DNA of 53,904 nucleotides. Source: a virus. Its lineage: Duplodnaviria > Caudoviricetes. Under the pieces are notes generated by a model. It had not been told where the DNA came from and ran no database searches. It worked only from the letters and a program-made list of their open reading frames with translations. Shown here piece by piece: positions 1 to 8,700 of the stretch (the stretch's first letter is position 1; every line of letters starts with the position of its first letter). A program made the position numbers and the translations under genes. The stretch covers positions 1 to 53,904 of IMG/VR virus record IMGVR_UViG_3300032214_001883. One strand, written 5' to 3'.

Positions 1-79
1 AGTATATGTTCTGATCTAAGCCATTAGACCAGATACTTGCTTCGTCTCTGGTTGTAATTCCTATTTTTAATTTTTTCAT
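1..79 (-). CDS. N-terminus of a DUF2827-like (putative glycosyltransferase-fold) protein, runs off the window start
   Basis: Not in ORF track. Reverse complement reads MKKLKIGITTRDEASIWSNGLDQNIY, with AGGAG close upstream (complement of 81-85). The KIGIT...SIWxNGLxQN pattern resembles DUF2827 N-termini as I recall them. Only 26 codons are visible. Confidence 0.5.
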   Translation of the reverse strand, partial: MKKLKIGITTRDEASIWSNGLDQNIY

Positions 80-91
80 GCTCCTCTCATA

Positions 92-109
92 TATTAATAA
101 TTATTGATA
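92..109 (+). promoter_or_regulatory. TATTAATA motif (candidate late promoter) within a near-palindrome between divergent genes
   Basis: TATTAATAA-TTATTGATA is an inverted repeat with one mismatch. The same 8-mer recurs before other structural genes. Confidence 0.45.
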
Positions 110-124
110 GTAGTAGGTGATTTC

Positions 125-457
125 ATGGGTTTAGGCAGCTACTTACTTGGAGCAGAAGTAAAGATACCGGTACAAGTAACCTTAAATGGAAAGCCACTTG
201 TCGGACAAGTTCCGACAATAGAAAAGATAATAAAACCGAACGGGTCCTTAGTTCCTGGATTACCAGCATTGGCAACGGCAATTGATTCAAGTTCCGCCAC
301 ATATTATTATAGCTTTACTCCTCAAGTTGCTGGAGATTATATCGTTATAATAAAAACAACGTTAAGTGGTGAAGATTATGTTACTATAGACAACTTCACA
401 GTTTCGTCTCAGTCTCAAAAACAAGTTATATCTGCACCAAGAGCGGAGCCCAAATAA
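125..457 (+). CDS. Small Ig-like beta-sandwich virion protein
   Basis: Start moved from TTG 104 to ATG 125 because AGGTGA lies at 115-120. YYYSFTPQVAGDYIVII is a typical Ig/filamin-like strand pattern. Coupled to the next gene by TAATG. Confidence 0.6.
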   Translation: MGLGSYLLGAEVKIPVQVTLNGKPLVGQVPTIEKIIKPNGSLVPGLPALATAIDSSSATYYYSFTPQVAGDYIVIIKTTLSGEDYVTIDNFTVSSQSQKQVISAPRAEPK

Positions 458-1365
458 TGGCAAACACAAGAAGCAAGGCGATTCGAGGACAAGATGTAAT
501 ATTATCCATTCAATATTATGGTATCGATGGACTTCCAACTGATGCTGATTCTACACCCGAAATAACCATAAAAGATTTAAATGGAAATACTATTGTTGGT
601 CCGACATCTACCGGCATAACCAGAGTTGAGCTTGGATTATATCAGTATTTATATTCGGTCCCAAAGCTATCTGACAAGGGCAACTGGACGGATAACTGGT
701 CCGCACAAATAGGCGGAATCTCTGTTCAGAACGTATTTCAGTTTCTTGTTGTCGATGAGTCTTCTGCGATTTCGGGCTCAATTAGGCTTGGCGATGATGT
801 TAATTTTGACTTTACAGATGCTGAAATTCTAGGCATAAACGTTCTTTTGAAATTTCTTAAAGCAAGACTTCGTAATTCGGGAAAGAAGCCAAAGAGAGAT
901 GAATTTGGCGCAATAATGTATGATTCGTATGGTGAAGTCATTACAGAGGAGTGTGATGTTTTCTCTGATGATATTCTAATTTGTTTTCTTTGTCAAGCTC
1001 TCTCTGAATTTAATATGATTCCATTCTTTACAAGTTTTACTTTTGCCGATGAAGTTATCTACAAATTGTTTGCCGCAGCCCTTGTTGAGGGAGCTTACGT
1101 TTTTGCAATATCTTCTCAAGCCCTAATTGAAAAAGGCAGAGATTTCACAATAAGCGATGGAGGCCTGTCTTATCAGCCTCCTGCTCTTGGCGACTTCTTA
1201 CAGACACATTTTGGCACATGGCTTACTAGCTATAGAGAAAGGTTGAAGTTCATAAAGAATAGCATCAGGCCTGGACCGAGAAGCTTTGGTACATACAGCA
1301 ACTTAACAAGTGGTAGTCCGGCCCTGAATCGTCTTCGCCACGTAAGATCTCGCAGAATTATATAG
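457..1365 (+). CDS. Putative head-tail adaptor (neck) protein with N-terminal Ig-like domain
   Basis: First ~100 aa Ig-like (GLYQYLYSVP...GNWTDNW). Helical C-terminal part FSDDILICFLCQALSEFN...FTISDGGLSY resembles myophage adaptors. Position upstream of head-closure and tail genes. Confidence 0.6.
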   Translation: MANTRSKAIRGQDVILSIQYYGIDGLPTDADSTPEITIKDLNGNTIVGPTSTGITRVELGLYQYLYSVPKLSDKGNWTDNWSAQIGGISVQNVFQFLVVDESSAISGSIRLGDDVNFDFTDAEILGINVLLKFLKARLRNSGKKPKRDEFGAIMYDSYGEVITEECDVFSDDILICFLCQALSEFNMIPFFTSFTFADEVIYKLFAAALVEGAYVFAISSQALIEKGRDFTISDGGLSYQPPALGDFLQTHFGTWLTSYRERLKFIKNSIRPGPRSFGTYSNLTSGSPALNRLRHVRSRRII

Positions 1366-1380
1366 TTAGCTCCATAATAA

Positions 1381-1611
1381 TTATGGATTTATAGTTATTA
1401 CCATACTTATTGTTCCAACTGAATTATATCCTGCGTTGAATGCAAATCCTTTTCCGATTAAGCTCACCGTTGCATCGTCACACTGAGTAGGTGCTTGGAA
1501 TGCGTAAGTTTTCACAAAAGAACTTCCTTGATTGTAAAGCTCAATAAGCGCAGATAAATCAATTTGGCCTACATCCGCTGTGCTTGCCAAAATAAAAACA
1601 TAATTATTCAT
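1381..1611 (-). CDS. Hypothetical 76-aa protein on the opposite strand
   Basis: Strong RBS (AAAGGAGATATT-ATG). Fills the gap between + strand genes without overlap. Confidence 0.7.
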   Translation of the reverse strand: MNNYVFILASTADVGQIDLSALIELYNQGSSFVKTYAFQAPTQCDDATVSLIGKGFAFNAGYNSVGTISMVITINP

Positions 1612-1697
1612 AATATCTCCTTTGAAAAAATAAGTTTGTCATACAATAATATAAAAGTAATAAACCAAGACTATGCTAATATTATGGGTAGATTATC

Positions 1698-2075
1698 ATG
1701 GATCCTTTTGCATTAATAATATCCGGCCTTATAGAGAAAGGTGGAATCTGGGGAATCATTGCTGCAATGATTTTCTTTTGGAATATTCACAAAGAAAACA
1801 AGATGTTTGGAAAAGAAAAGAATATAAACGAAAAAGAGAAGGTTTTAGAAGTCAAGATTACACAAAATCAAGAAAGATGCGAAAAAAAGATAAATTATCT
1901 TGAGCGAGAACTTATACAAGCTCAAAAGGAACTTCAGGAAAAAACTCAAGAAAACTCACATTTAAGATCTGAGAGAATAGAAGACTTGAAAAAAATAATT
2001 GGCGATTATCACAAGTTGGCAAGCGACACTTCTCAGACGTTAGAACAAATTAAATTCTTTTTATCAAAAAAATAG
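1698..2075 (+). CDS. Membrane-anchored coiled-coil protein (holin- or spanin-like)
   Basis: Hydrophobic GGIWGIIAAMIFFW followed by a charged heptad-rich C-terminus. Confidence 0.55.
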   Translation: MDPFALIISGLIEKGGIWGIIAAMIFFWNIHKENKMFGKEKNINEKEKVLEVKITQNQERCEKKINYLERELIQAQKELQEKTQENSHLRSERIEDLKKIIGDYHKLASDTSQTLEQIKFFLSKK

Positions 2076-2083
2076 GATGCGCA

Positions 2084-2272
2084 ATGAATATCTTAGATAA
2101 TAATTTAAAGCTATTAATCGAAGAGTGTGCCCTTCTTAAAAATAAAATATCTGAGCAAGTGAAAGACATTTGTATTACAGTATCATCTCCACCAGAGAGC
2201 GTTAAAAGAGTTAGCGCAGAATCTCTAGAGGATGAAGAGACGCATGAAGAAGATAGAGAATTGCAAAATTAA
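2084..2272 (+). CDS. Hypothetical small protein, coiled coil with acidic tail
   Basis: AGGA upstream of ATG; LKLLIEECALLKNKI heptads. Confidence 0.55.
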   Translation: MNILDNNLKLLIEECALLKNKISEQVKDICITVSSPPESVKRVSAESLEDEETHEEDRELQN

Positions 2273-2456
2273 TTATCTTGGCTTTTCAAAACCTGAGACA
2301 CCTAACGAAATTGAGCTAGAAATACTTGGGTTAAAAAATCTAATTTGCAAAGCAAAAGAGAGAATTTCAGAATTGGAGCAAAGTACGAAATTAGCACAAT
2401 ATATTATTGGGATGCAGAACAATGTTTATAGTAACAGCGAAGAAAAAAAAGATTGA
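2232..2456 (+). CDS. Hypothetical small coiled-coil protein
   Basis: GAGG upstream; heptads ILGLKNLICKAKERISELE. Overlaps both neighbours, start uncertain. Confidence 0.5.
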   Translation: MKRRMKKIENCKINYLGFSKPETPNEIELEILGLKNLICKAKERISELEQSTKLAQYIIGMQNNVYSNSEEKKD

Positions 2457-2937
2457 ATCAATCGAAAATCAAGTAAAGATATTATCTAAAGTTAAAAAAT
2501 ATCTAAAAAAAGATCCTGTTGTAAAGGAAATATGCGAAGAATACGGAAAAAAGACCGATGAACTAGATGGCGTTTCCATTACATTTGATTCCAATCTAGA
2601 TGTTACCGCAAAGACTATAGACGGAAAAATGTTTCTAAATACATCACTTCTTGATGAAAAATTTGAAATATTGTGCAGATATGTTGTTCATGAATTAACA
2701 CATGTTTTTCAGCATATGGAAAAGGAATTTAAGAAAAATAAATCAAAAAGAAAAGAAGAATATCTGGAAAGACCAGAGGAGATTGAGGCCTTTCAGAACC
2801 AAATAAAATTTGATGCCAACGAAAGATCCGAAGAAGCGGCAAAGGGCTATGTGAATAGGCTTTTAAAATATCACGATATAAAAGACGAAGAAGAAAAAGA
2901 CTCTAAGAAAAAAGAGCTTCTTAAAAAGTTGAAGTAA
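2422..2937 (+). CDS. HExxH zinc metallopeptidase (zincin, DUF4157-like)
   Basis: VVHELTHVFQH plus downstream YLERPEEIEAF, a likely third-ligand Glu. ATG 2422 preferred over TTG 2407. Confidence 0.7.
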   Translation: MFIVTAKKKKIESIENQVKILSKVKKYLKKDPVVKEICEEYGKKTDELDGVSITFDSNLDVTAKTIDGKMFLNTSLLDEKFEILCRYVVHELTHVFQHMEKEFKKNKSKRKEEYLERPEEIEAFQNQIKFDANERSEEAAKGYVNRLLKYHDIKDEEEKDSKKKELLKKLK

Positions 2938-2941
2938 ACTC

Positions 2942-2981
2942 TAGATATTAATAATATCTAAATAGGTGTGGAGATATTATG
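2942..2981 (+). promoter_or_regulatory. TATTAATA motif plus start-codon-sequestering hairpin
   Basis: Motif 2946-2953. ATAATATCT (2951-2959) is the exact reverse complement of AGATATTAT (2972-2980), covering part of GGAG and the AT of ATG 2979. It can alternatively pair with 2942-2950. Confidence 0.55.
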
Positions 2982-4976
2982 TTTTCTTTAACTGGAGTCA
3001 GTCCTCCGGAGGGTTCCAAACGAAATCCTCTAGATACGTTAATTGAATTCACAATAGTCGATGACGGTACTGGCATTAATTCATCAACATTAATTGTTCA
3101 AATTAACGGAGTCACTGCAGTAGAAGGCTCTGATTTTAAACCAGGGTTTGCCGGAATTTATTCTGATATAAATCCGGTTGGAAGTAATTTATCAGTTGTT
3201 ATTAATCCTGAAAATACATTTGAAGAAAACTCAATAATAAATATAAAAATACAAGTTCAAAATTTTTTAGGAAAATACAATAATTTTAACTATTCGTTCA
3301 AAGTTATTGAGAATAAGCCATATTTGTTTTTTTCTTCTCCAGAAAATAATTCAAATGTAATATCTCCACAGAAGGTTTTTCTTCAGTTTAGGGATGATTC
3401 TTTTGATCTGGATTCTTCATCTCTAAATGTAACAATTAATGGTGCATATGCTATAAAAAATGGTGTATTTCAAAATGGGTTTAACGGAATTGGCAGCGAA
3501 ATTACGCTAGTATCGCTTAGAGACCTGGAAGTTACAATTGACCCAGACGAATTTCTTAGAGATGGAACATATACCTTACGTTATGATATAAAGAATTCTG
3601 ATTCAAAAATCCTTTCTTCTTTGTTTAAATTTTTCATAAAATATACTGAAGTTCCGCTCCCAGACATCTTTCCTCAAGGTGGCTTTGTTGGATTCTTTCA
3701 GGGTGTTACGTCGGTACGAGATCTTGGAAATGGAAAAGATGTTTATATAAGCTGGTCAAAGCCTGCTTCAAGATTTTATAATAGCGATATATATGTATTG
3801 CTTTACTACTCGGAAGATCGTTTAAAAATATTTGATTCCGAACCAAAGTATCTTGTCGACAGTTCTATACTGGAAACAACACTATCAGAATTTTCCGTTG
3901 GAATAGGATATTATTTCGCCGCAAGAGTCATGGAGACATACAAGGATTCCTTGAACACGGGCGGAATGGGCGAGCTCTCTCCTGGCATCTTTTATCTACC
4001 TTCTCCGACATCTCTTTCTGAAGAAATTTCTGACGAATCAACCATAATAAAAGTTTCAAGCGTTGTCGGCTTTCCTGCGACGGGGCTCCTCAAGATAGGA
4101 ACTGAGGTTATAAGATATAACTCAATAAATTTTGATGAAAATCAGTTTCTTGTTCCTTCGGGCGGAAGAGGACTCTCTGGCACAACTCCGTCATATCATG
4201 ACGCTGCCGATGCCGTCGAAATGTTTTTATCCTGCCAGGATGATAATAACGTTATTATCTATGGTTCATGCACCTATCAAGATCAAGAGTCGACAGGACG
4301 ACAATATAATGCAGTTGGTTTGATTGTACCTGACTTTTCTGATTTCGAGAAAATGGCGCATGATGGCTTAGACCACTGCGGATACCACCAACCATTACCA
4401 TGGGAAGTTCTAAACAATAAAAACGATTGCGGAACGTACCTTGGTGGTGAATACAATGGATTTAGAGGTGTAAATATATATCAGAGAGCCTTGGATAGAG
4501 AAGAGGAACTCATGGAGAACGTTGGTGAAAAATGCGTTCTTCTCAAAAGGCTGTGGTCTGGAGAAACATGTAGCTGCGTCACTCTAAGAAGACAGCATCC
4601 TAAAATTAGAAGTTGCAAGTTCTGCTTTGGCACCGGTATCGTTGGAGGGTACGAGCAATATGTGAACCAAAGAAGGGCGGATAAGAGGGTTTTAATCAGA
4701 TTCTATGAGACTCCCGAAAATCTGGCGCTTGGAGATCATCAACATTTAAATCAAGACTTTAAGCCAACGGCCCTAGCCTTATATAAGCCGATCATAAAAG
4801 ATCGCGATGTAATAATAAGATTTGATTATACTGATGACATTGAATTCATATATGAGGTTCTTGATTCATCAAGAGAGAGGTTTGTATTTAACAAGTATGG
4901 AAGGCAGAAACTAAACCTAATGAGAATGGATAAGACGGACATTCTATATCAGTATCCATTTGTAAAAAATATATAG
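2979..4976 (+). CDS. Head-closure (neck) protein with two Ig-like repeats, an FN3-like domain and a Cys4 zinc-finger insert
   Basis: Repeats SPPEGS...INSSTLIVQING and SPENNS...LDSSSLNVTING. FN3-like VYISWSKP...YYFAARV. C-terminal GEKCVLLKR...CSC...CKFCFGTGIVGGY...IIKDRDVII resembles large-myophage head-closure proteins. Confidence 0.6.
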   Translation: MFSLTGVSPPEGSKRNPLDTLIEFTIVDDGTGINSSTLIVQINGVTAVEGSDFKPGFAGIYSDINPVGSNLSVVINPENTFEENSIINIKIQVQNFLGKYNNFNYSFKVIENKPYLFFSSPENNSNVISPQKVFLQFRDDSFDLDSSSLNVTINGAYAIKNGVFQNGFNGIGSEITLVSLRDLEVTIDPDEFLRDGTYTLRYDIKNSDSKILSSLFKFFIKYTEVPLPDIFPQGGFVGFFQGVTSVRDLGNGKDVYISWSKPASRFYNSDIYVLLYYSEDRLKIFDSEPKYLVDSSILETTLSEFSVGIGYYFAARVMETYKDSLNTGGMGELSPGIFYLPSPTSLSEEISDESTIIKVSSVVGFPATGLLKIGTEVIRYNSINFDENQFLVPSGGRGLSGTTPSYHDAADAVEMFLSCQDDNNVIIYGSCTYQDQESTGRQYNAVGLIVPDFSDFEKMAHDGLDHCGYHQPLPWEVLNNKNDCGTYLGGEYNGFRGVNIYQRALDREEELMENVGEKCVLLKRLWSGETCSCVTLRRQHPKIRSCKFCFGTGIVGGYEQYVNQRRADKRVLIRFYETPENLALGDHQHLNQDFKPTALALYKPIIKDRDVIIRFDYTDDIEFIYEVLDSSRERFVFNKYGRQKLNLMRMDKTDILYQYPFVKNI

Positions 4977-4984
4977 AGGATTTT

Positions 4985-5230
4985 ATGTGGATAAAGAACA
5001 GTAGAGGCAGAAAAGATGCCATGTTAACGTTTGCAACGATTTCTTTTCTTGTTGTAACTATGAACATCGTTCTTGTTTCATTTTCTCCAATATTTGAAAA
5101 ATACTTATCTTTTTCTTTTATTCCAGTTGATATAGCAATATTGACAATGTATATGTCATCAACATTTACCGCTTATGTCGCCAGGAAATGGACTGATGTA
5201 GGAAAGAAGGAAGACCAACAAAATGAATAA
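4985..5230 (+). CDS. Small two-TM membrane protein (holin-like)
   Basis: GAGGA RBS; two hydrophobic stretches; basic N-terminus and charged C-tail. Confidence 0.55.
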   Translation: MWIKNSRGRKDAMLTFATISFLVVTMNIVLVSFSPIFEKYLSFSFIPVDIAILTMYMSSTFTAYVARKWTDVGKKEDQQNE

Positions 5231-5453
5231 GGCCTATCTGATTAAAAAACTTGCAGAACTAAATGCAAAAACTGAGTTAGTAATTCATAAAAAGCTATCA
5301 AAAATAATTACTAATAGTTCTGATGATAATAACCATCTTAATTCAGATGATGGAGATAAGATATACTTTGATATCAATATTGTCCCAATAAAAGAGCTTA
5401 TGAATCAAACTGATATCGAAAAAATAACAATAAAACCGGTTTCACTAGGTTAA
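5223..5453 (+). CDS. Hypothetical protein
   Basis: ORF fills operon, 8-nt overlap with upstream gene. Confidence 0.55.
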   Translation: MNKAYLIKKLAELNAKTELVIHKKLSKIITNSSDDNNHLNSDDGDKIYFDINIVPIKELMNQTDIEKITIKPVSLG

Positions 5454-5464
5454 TTAGGTAAATT

Positions 5465-5725
5465 ATGTTAAAGCATACTTCGTTAATTATTTTCATACTT
5501 TTTAACATTTCTTATTTCTTTAAGAATTATGATGAAATTTCAAGTATGATTACAAGTTTTTCAAAAGCAGATCTTAGATACTTTGATGTCATACCATATC
5601 ATACATTTGAACCATCAATTATATTGCCAATAAGCAACTCATCATCGGATGTTGAACCAACCTCAAATATAGACGGCGGGTACTACGAATCAACCGATTT
5701 TGAAGAAAAATATTTAGTATATTAA
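5465..5725 (+). CDS. Hypothetical protein with N-terminal membrane anchor or signal
   Basis: AGGT RBS; hydrophobic LIIFILFNISYFF; acidic C-terminus. Confidence 0.55.
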   Translation: MLKHTSLIIFILFNISYFFKNYDEISSMITSFSKADLRYFDVIPYHTFEPSIILPISNSSSDVEPTSNIDGGYYESTDFEEKYLVY

Positions 5726-5758
5726 AAAGAACAATATATTAAATTATAAGTATAGAGT

Positions 5759-8700
5759 ATGTCAAATTCAAAATATCCAAATCAAATAGATACATCTGCA
5801 GAGCTACCTATAGTAAGAAATAACTTAAATGAGATAGGTGCAGATTCTATAAATTCTATTCGATCCGCCATAATTCAAATAGAGAAGACCTTGGGATTAA
5901 ATCCCCAGGGTGCCATAGGAAATACCGTTTCATCCAGGTTGTCCAAAAGTCTTGACGCATCTGGCTCAATACTGAAGGAAGCTCTGGATAAGGCGAATGT
6001 CATTTATGGACCGATTTCAAATGACAATATAGCGAAGACGGCAGCGATAGAAGAAGAAAAGCTAAAGCTAAATTTTCCAACCACTGTTTTACAATCTCAA
6101 ATCTCTTATGTCAACTCAATTATAGATTCATTAGAGCTGCAAATAAAAGAAATTAGCGCAAATCTATCTTCACATTTAAACAAGAGTGCTTCCGCAAGAC
6201 ATCCCGCGACTGCAATTTCAACCACATCATTCTCCGGATCTTCTTCAGAATCTTTGAAATCGATAGCAGACTCTAACGTACAGGCCGTCATCGAAAGCAT
6301 TGTATCATCTCATATAAATTATGATGGGTTAAATATATCGCAGGATAATAACTCACACAACTCAAATCAGATATATTTTGACAACGCGAGCACAAGCTCC
6401 GTTATCTCTTCCTCCACCGTTCAAGGGGCAATTGAAGATCTGGTTGCGGCACCAATTGTCGCAATAGAAAATTACAAGAATTATAATAATTCAAACGGTG
6501 TTGTAAGAAAAGCAAATATATCTGACATCAACAACTCATCATATGGCATTCTTATTGCTTCCGGAATATCTATCACGATATTAAAGAATCTTTCTTACTC
6601 TAAGATAATAAACATATCACTTGCCTCGGATATTTCCAGGCCAGACTTTGATTTAAAAAAATCAGATCAAATATCTGTAATCTCAAACGGAATAGAAAGA
6701 ACTTTTCAAATTTATAAAGTAAATTATAATCCCTCAGATTTAACAAAGATATCCTCTTTTGATGTCTTTGGCACTGCAAACGAGGATATAACATCAAGTA
6801 ATTCTTTTATATATTACAAGCACAAAACAGACTATATAAAAACTTCTCTTTTGATGAGTGCAGTGCAAAATCAATCACTAACTTCATCATCAACTGTAAT
6901 GGTCTGTAATCCCGGTTCTGCATCAGTTATATCTTCTTCAATAAAGATCGGAGAGATAACGGCCACAAACAGATATTTTGATATATCTATAAATGATGGT
7001 GCGGCATACAGCATAGATTGTTATGTTCTGTCTGGCGTAACGCTTGACGCAATTGTAGGTTATATAAACGAACAATTTGATGGCTACCTACTTCCTGTAT
7101 TGGCTTATCGCGTCGATCTTGAGGATGGCGGCTCTGAGATTGCAATTTGTTCGAATGTTGCAACTGGCGATTCTGAAGATATCTATTTTAAAATAACAAG
7201 ATCTTCAGATGACGGAATTGATTCAATTGGTTTTTCATTCTGTGAAGATAAAAATATTTATGGAAAATATTCAACATCATTTGTTATCAATGGAAAGGAG
7301 AAGAACTCTCTCGCCACTAAGTTAAAAACTCAAAGCATGAGTTTTTCAGCTGGTCTAAATGTAATAGAGACTTCAGATTCCGCATTAAATTTAGTTACAA
7401 GTGGAATTAAGAAAGGCGATATAATCACAATTCTTGGCTCTGGCCAAAATATATCACTCAAAATAGCGGCAGTTACAGAGTCAACATTAACAATATCCTC
7501 AAATCAGTTACCATCCGGTTTTTTAACATCCAGCACTGATGGGATAACATATATAGTCTATAATAACACATTAGACTTTTCGGATTATGAATTCCTAAAG
7601 GTGGCAGGATCCTTCGGGAGCACACTTTTCGAAATTTTTGCAGATCAGGATGCAAATCTATTTTACAATCCAATTGCCGAATTGGAAACGCCAGTACTAA
7701 TTGATTCTGCGCTTATTACGGTCGTTGATATTGAAAATAAATTTGCTGTAGAGCAAGCAACAATTAATTATACGCAAACGGCAGATGGCTATGTATCTCT
7801 AAGTCTTGATCAGGGACAGCAAATAAAGATTGTTGGAGATCATAATTACGTAAAATTAATTTCCAACAACGAAGCTCTAAAAATAACTGTTTATGTTCCA
7901 AGTAAGGATGATTTATATAGTTACATAGGCTCTAGCTCAGAAACAAGCTCTTTTATTTATCTGTTCGACTCAGTAGACGAAAATAATAATTTAGTCATAT
8001 CACAGATAGCTTATAATAACTTCTCTTCCTCACTTGTTGGAGGCATGGGCTCTGCAAGAGCTTTCTCTAGATTAAGCTATGGTATAATTTCTAACAAAGA
8101 CATTTCAAATCTATTTATTGAGACGGCTGTAAGTAGCTCTACTGCGGAACTAAGAAGCAATGGAGTGGTTTTTGGACTAGAAGTCTTGTCAGGATCTGTA
8201 GGAATAGATGGAGTATATATAGTTAGTATAGGCTCTGGATCTTGTTACGTTGGTGGAAGAAAATTTATATTTAAAAATTTTGAAAATATTTCGACCGGCA
8301 TAAATTCCTCAGACACCGACAAGGTATATATAGGGGTAGATCAGGACGGAAATCTTATTTTCGAATCTTGCGACCCAGTTTGCAACTATCCTTGGCAGGA
8401 TTTGAACGTTGCTCTGCTGGGCAGCATAGAGCTATCCGCTGGAATTATCTATCCGTATGACCAAAGATTATTTATAAGTGAAATTGATCTAAAGATATTA
8501 AACTCAATTACAGTAAGTTCTCAGCCTGGAATGGCGCATTTCACAGATCTGGTGAAAGCAATAAAATATGCGAAGAGATTTTCGCAAATATTCCCATCCG
8601 CCGGCACCCCAGAAATTCACATGAAATCTGGAGTACATACTGTAAATGTAGATATAACAACAGAGCTATCCATTCTTGATTGGTATTCTGCGGTAATTAC

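Noticed and set aside
1673-1903. Alternative-frame + strand ORF
   Set aside because: Overlaps the better 1698-2075 gene, which has a coherent TM plus coiled-coil product.
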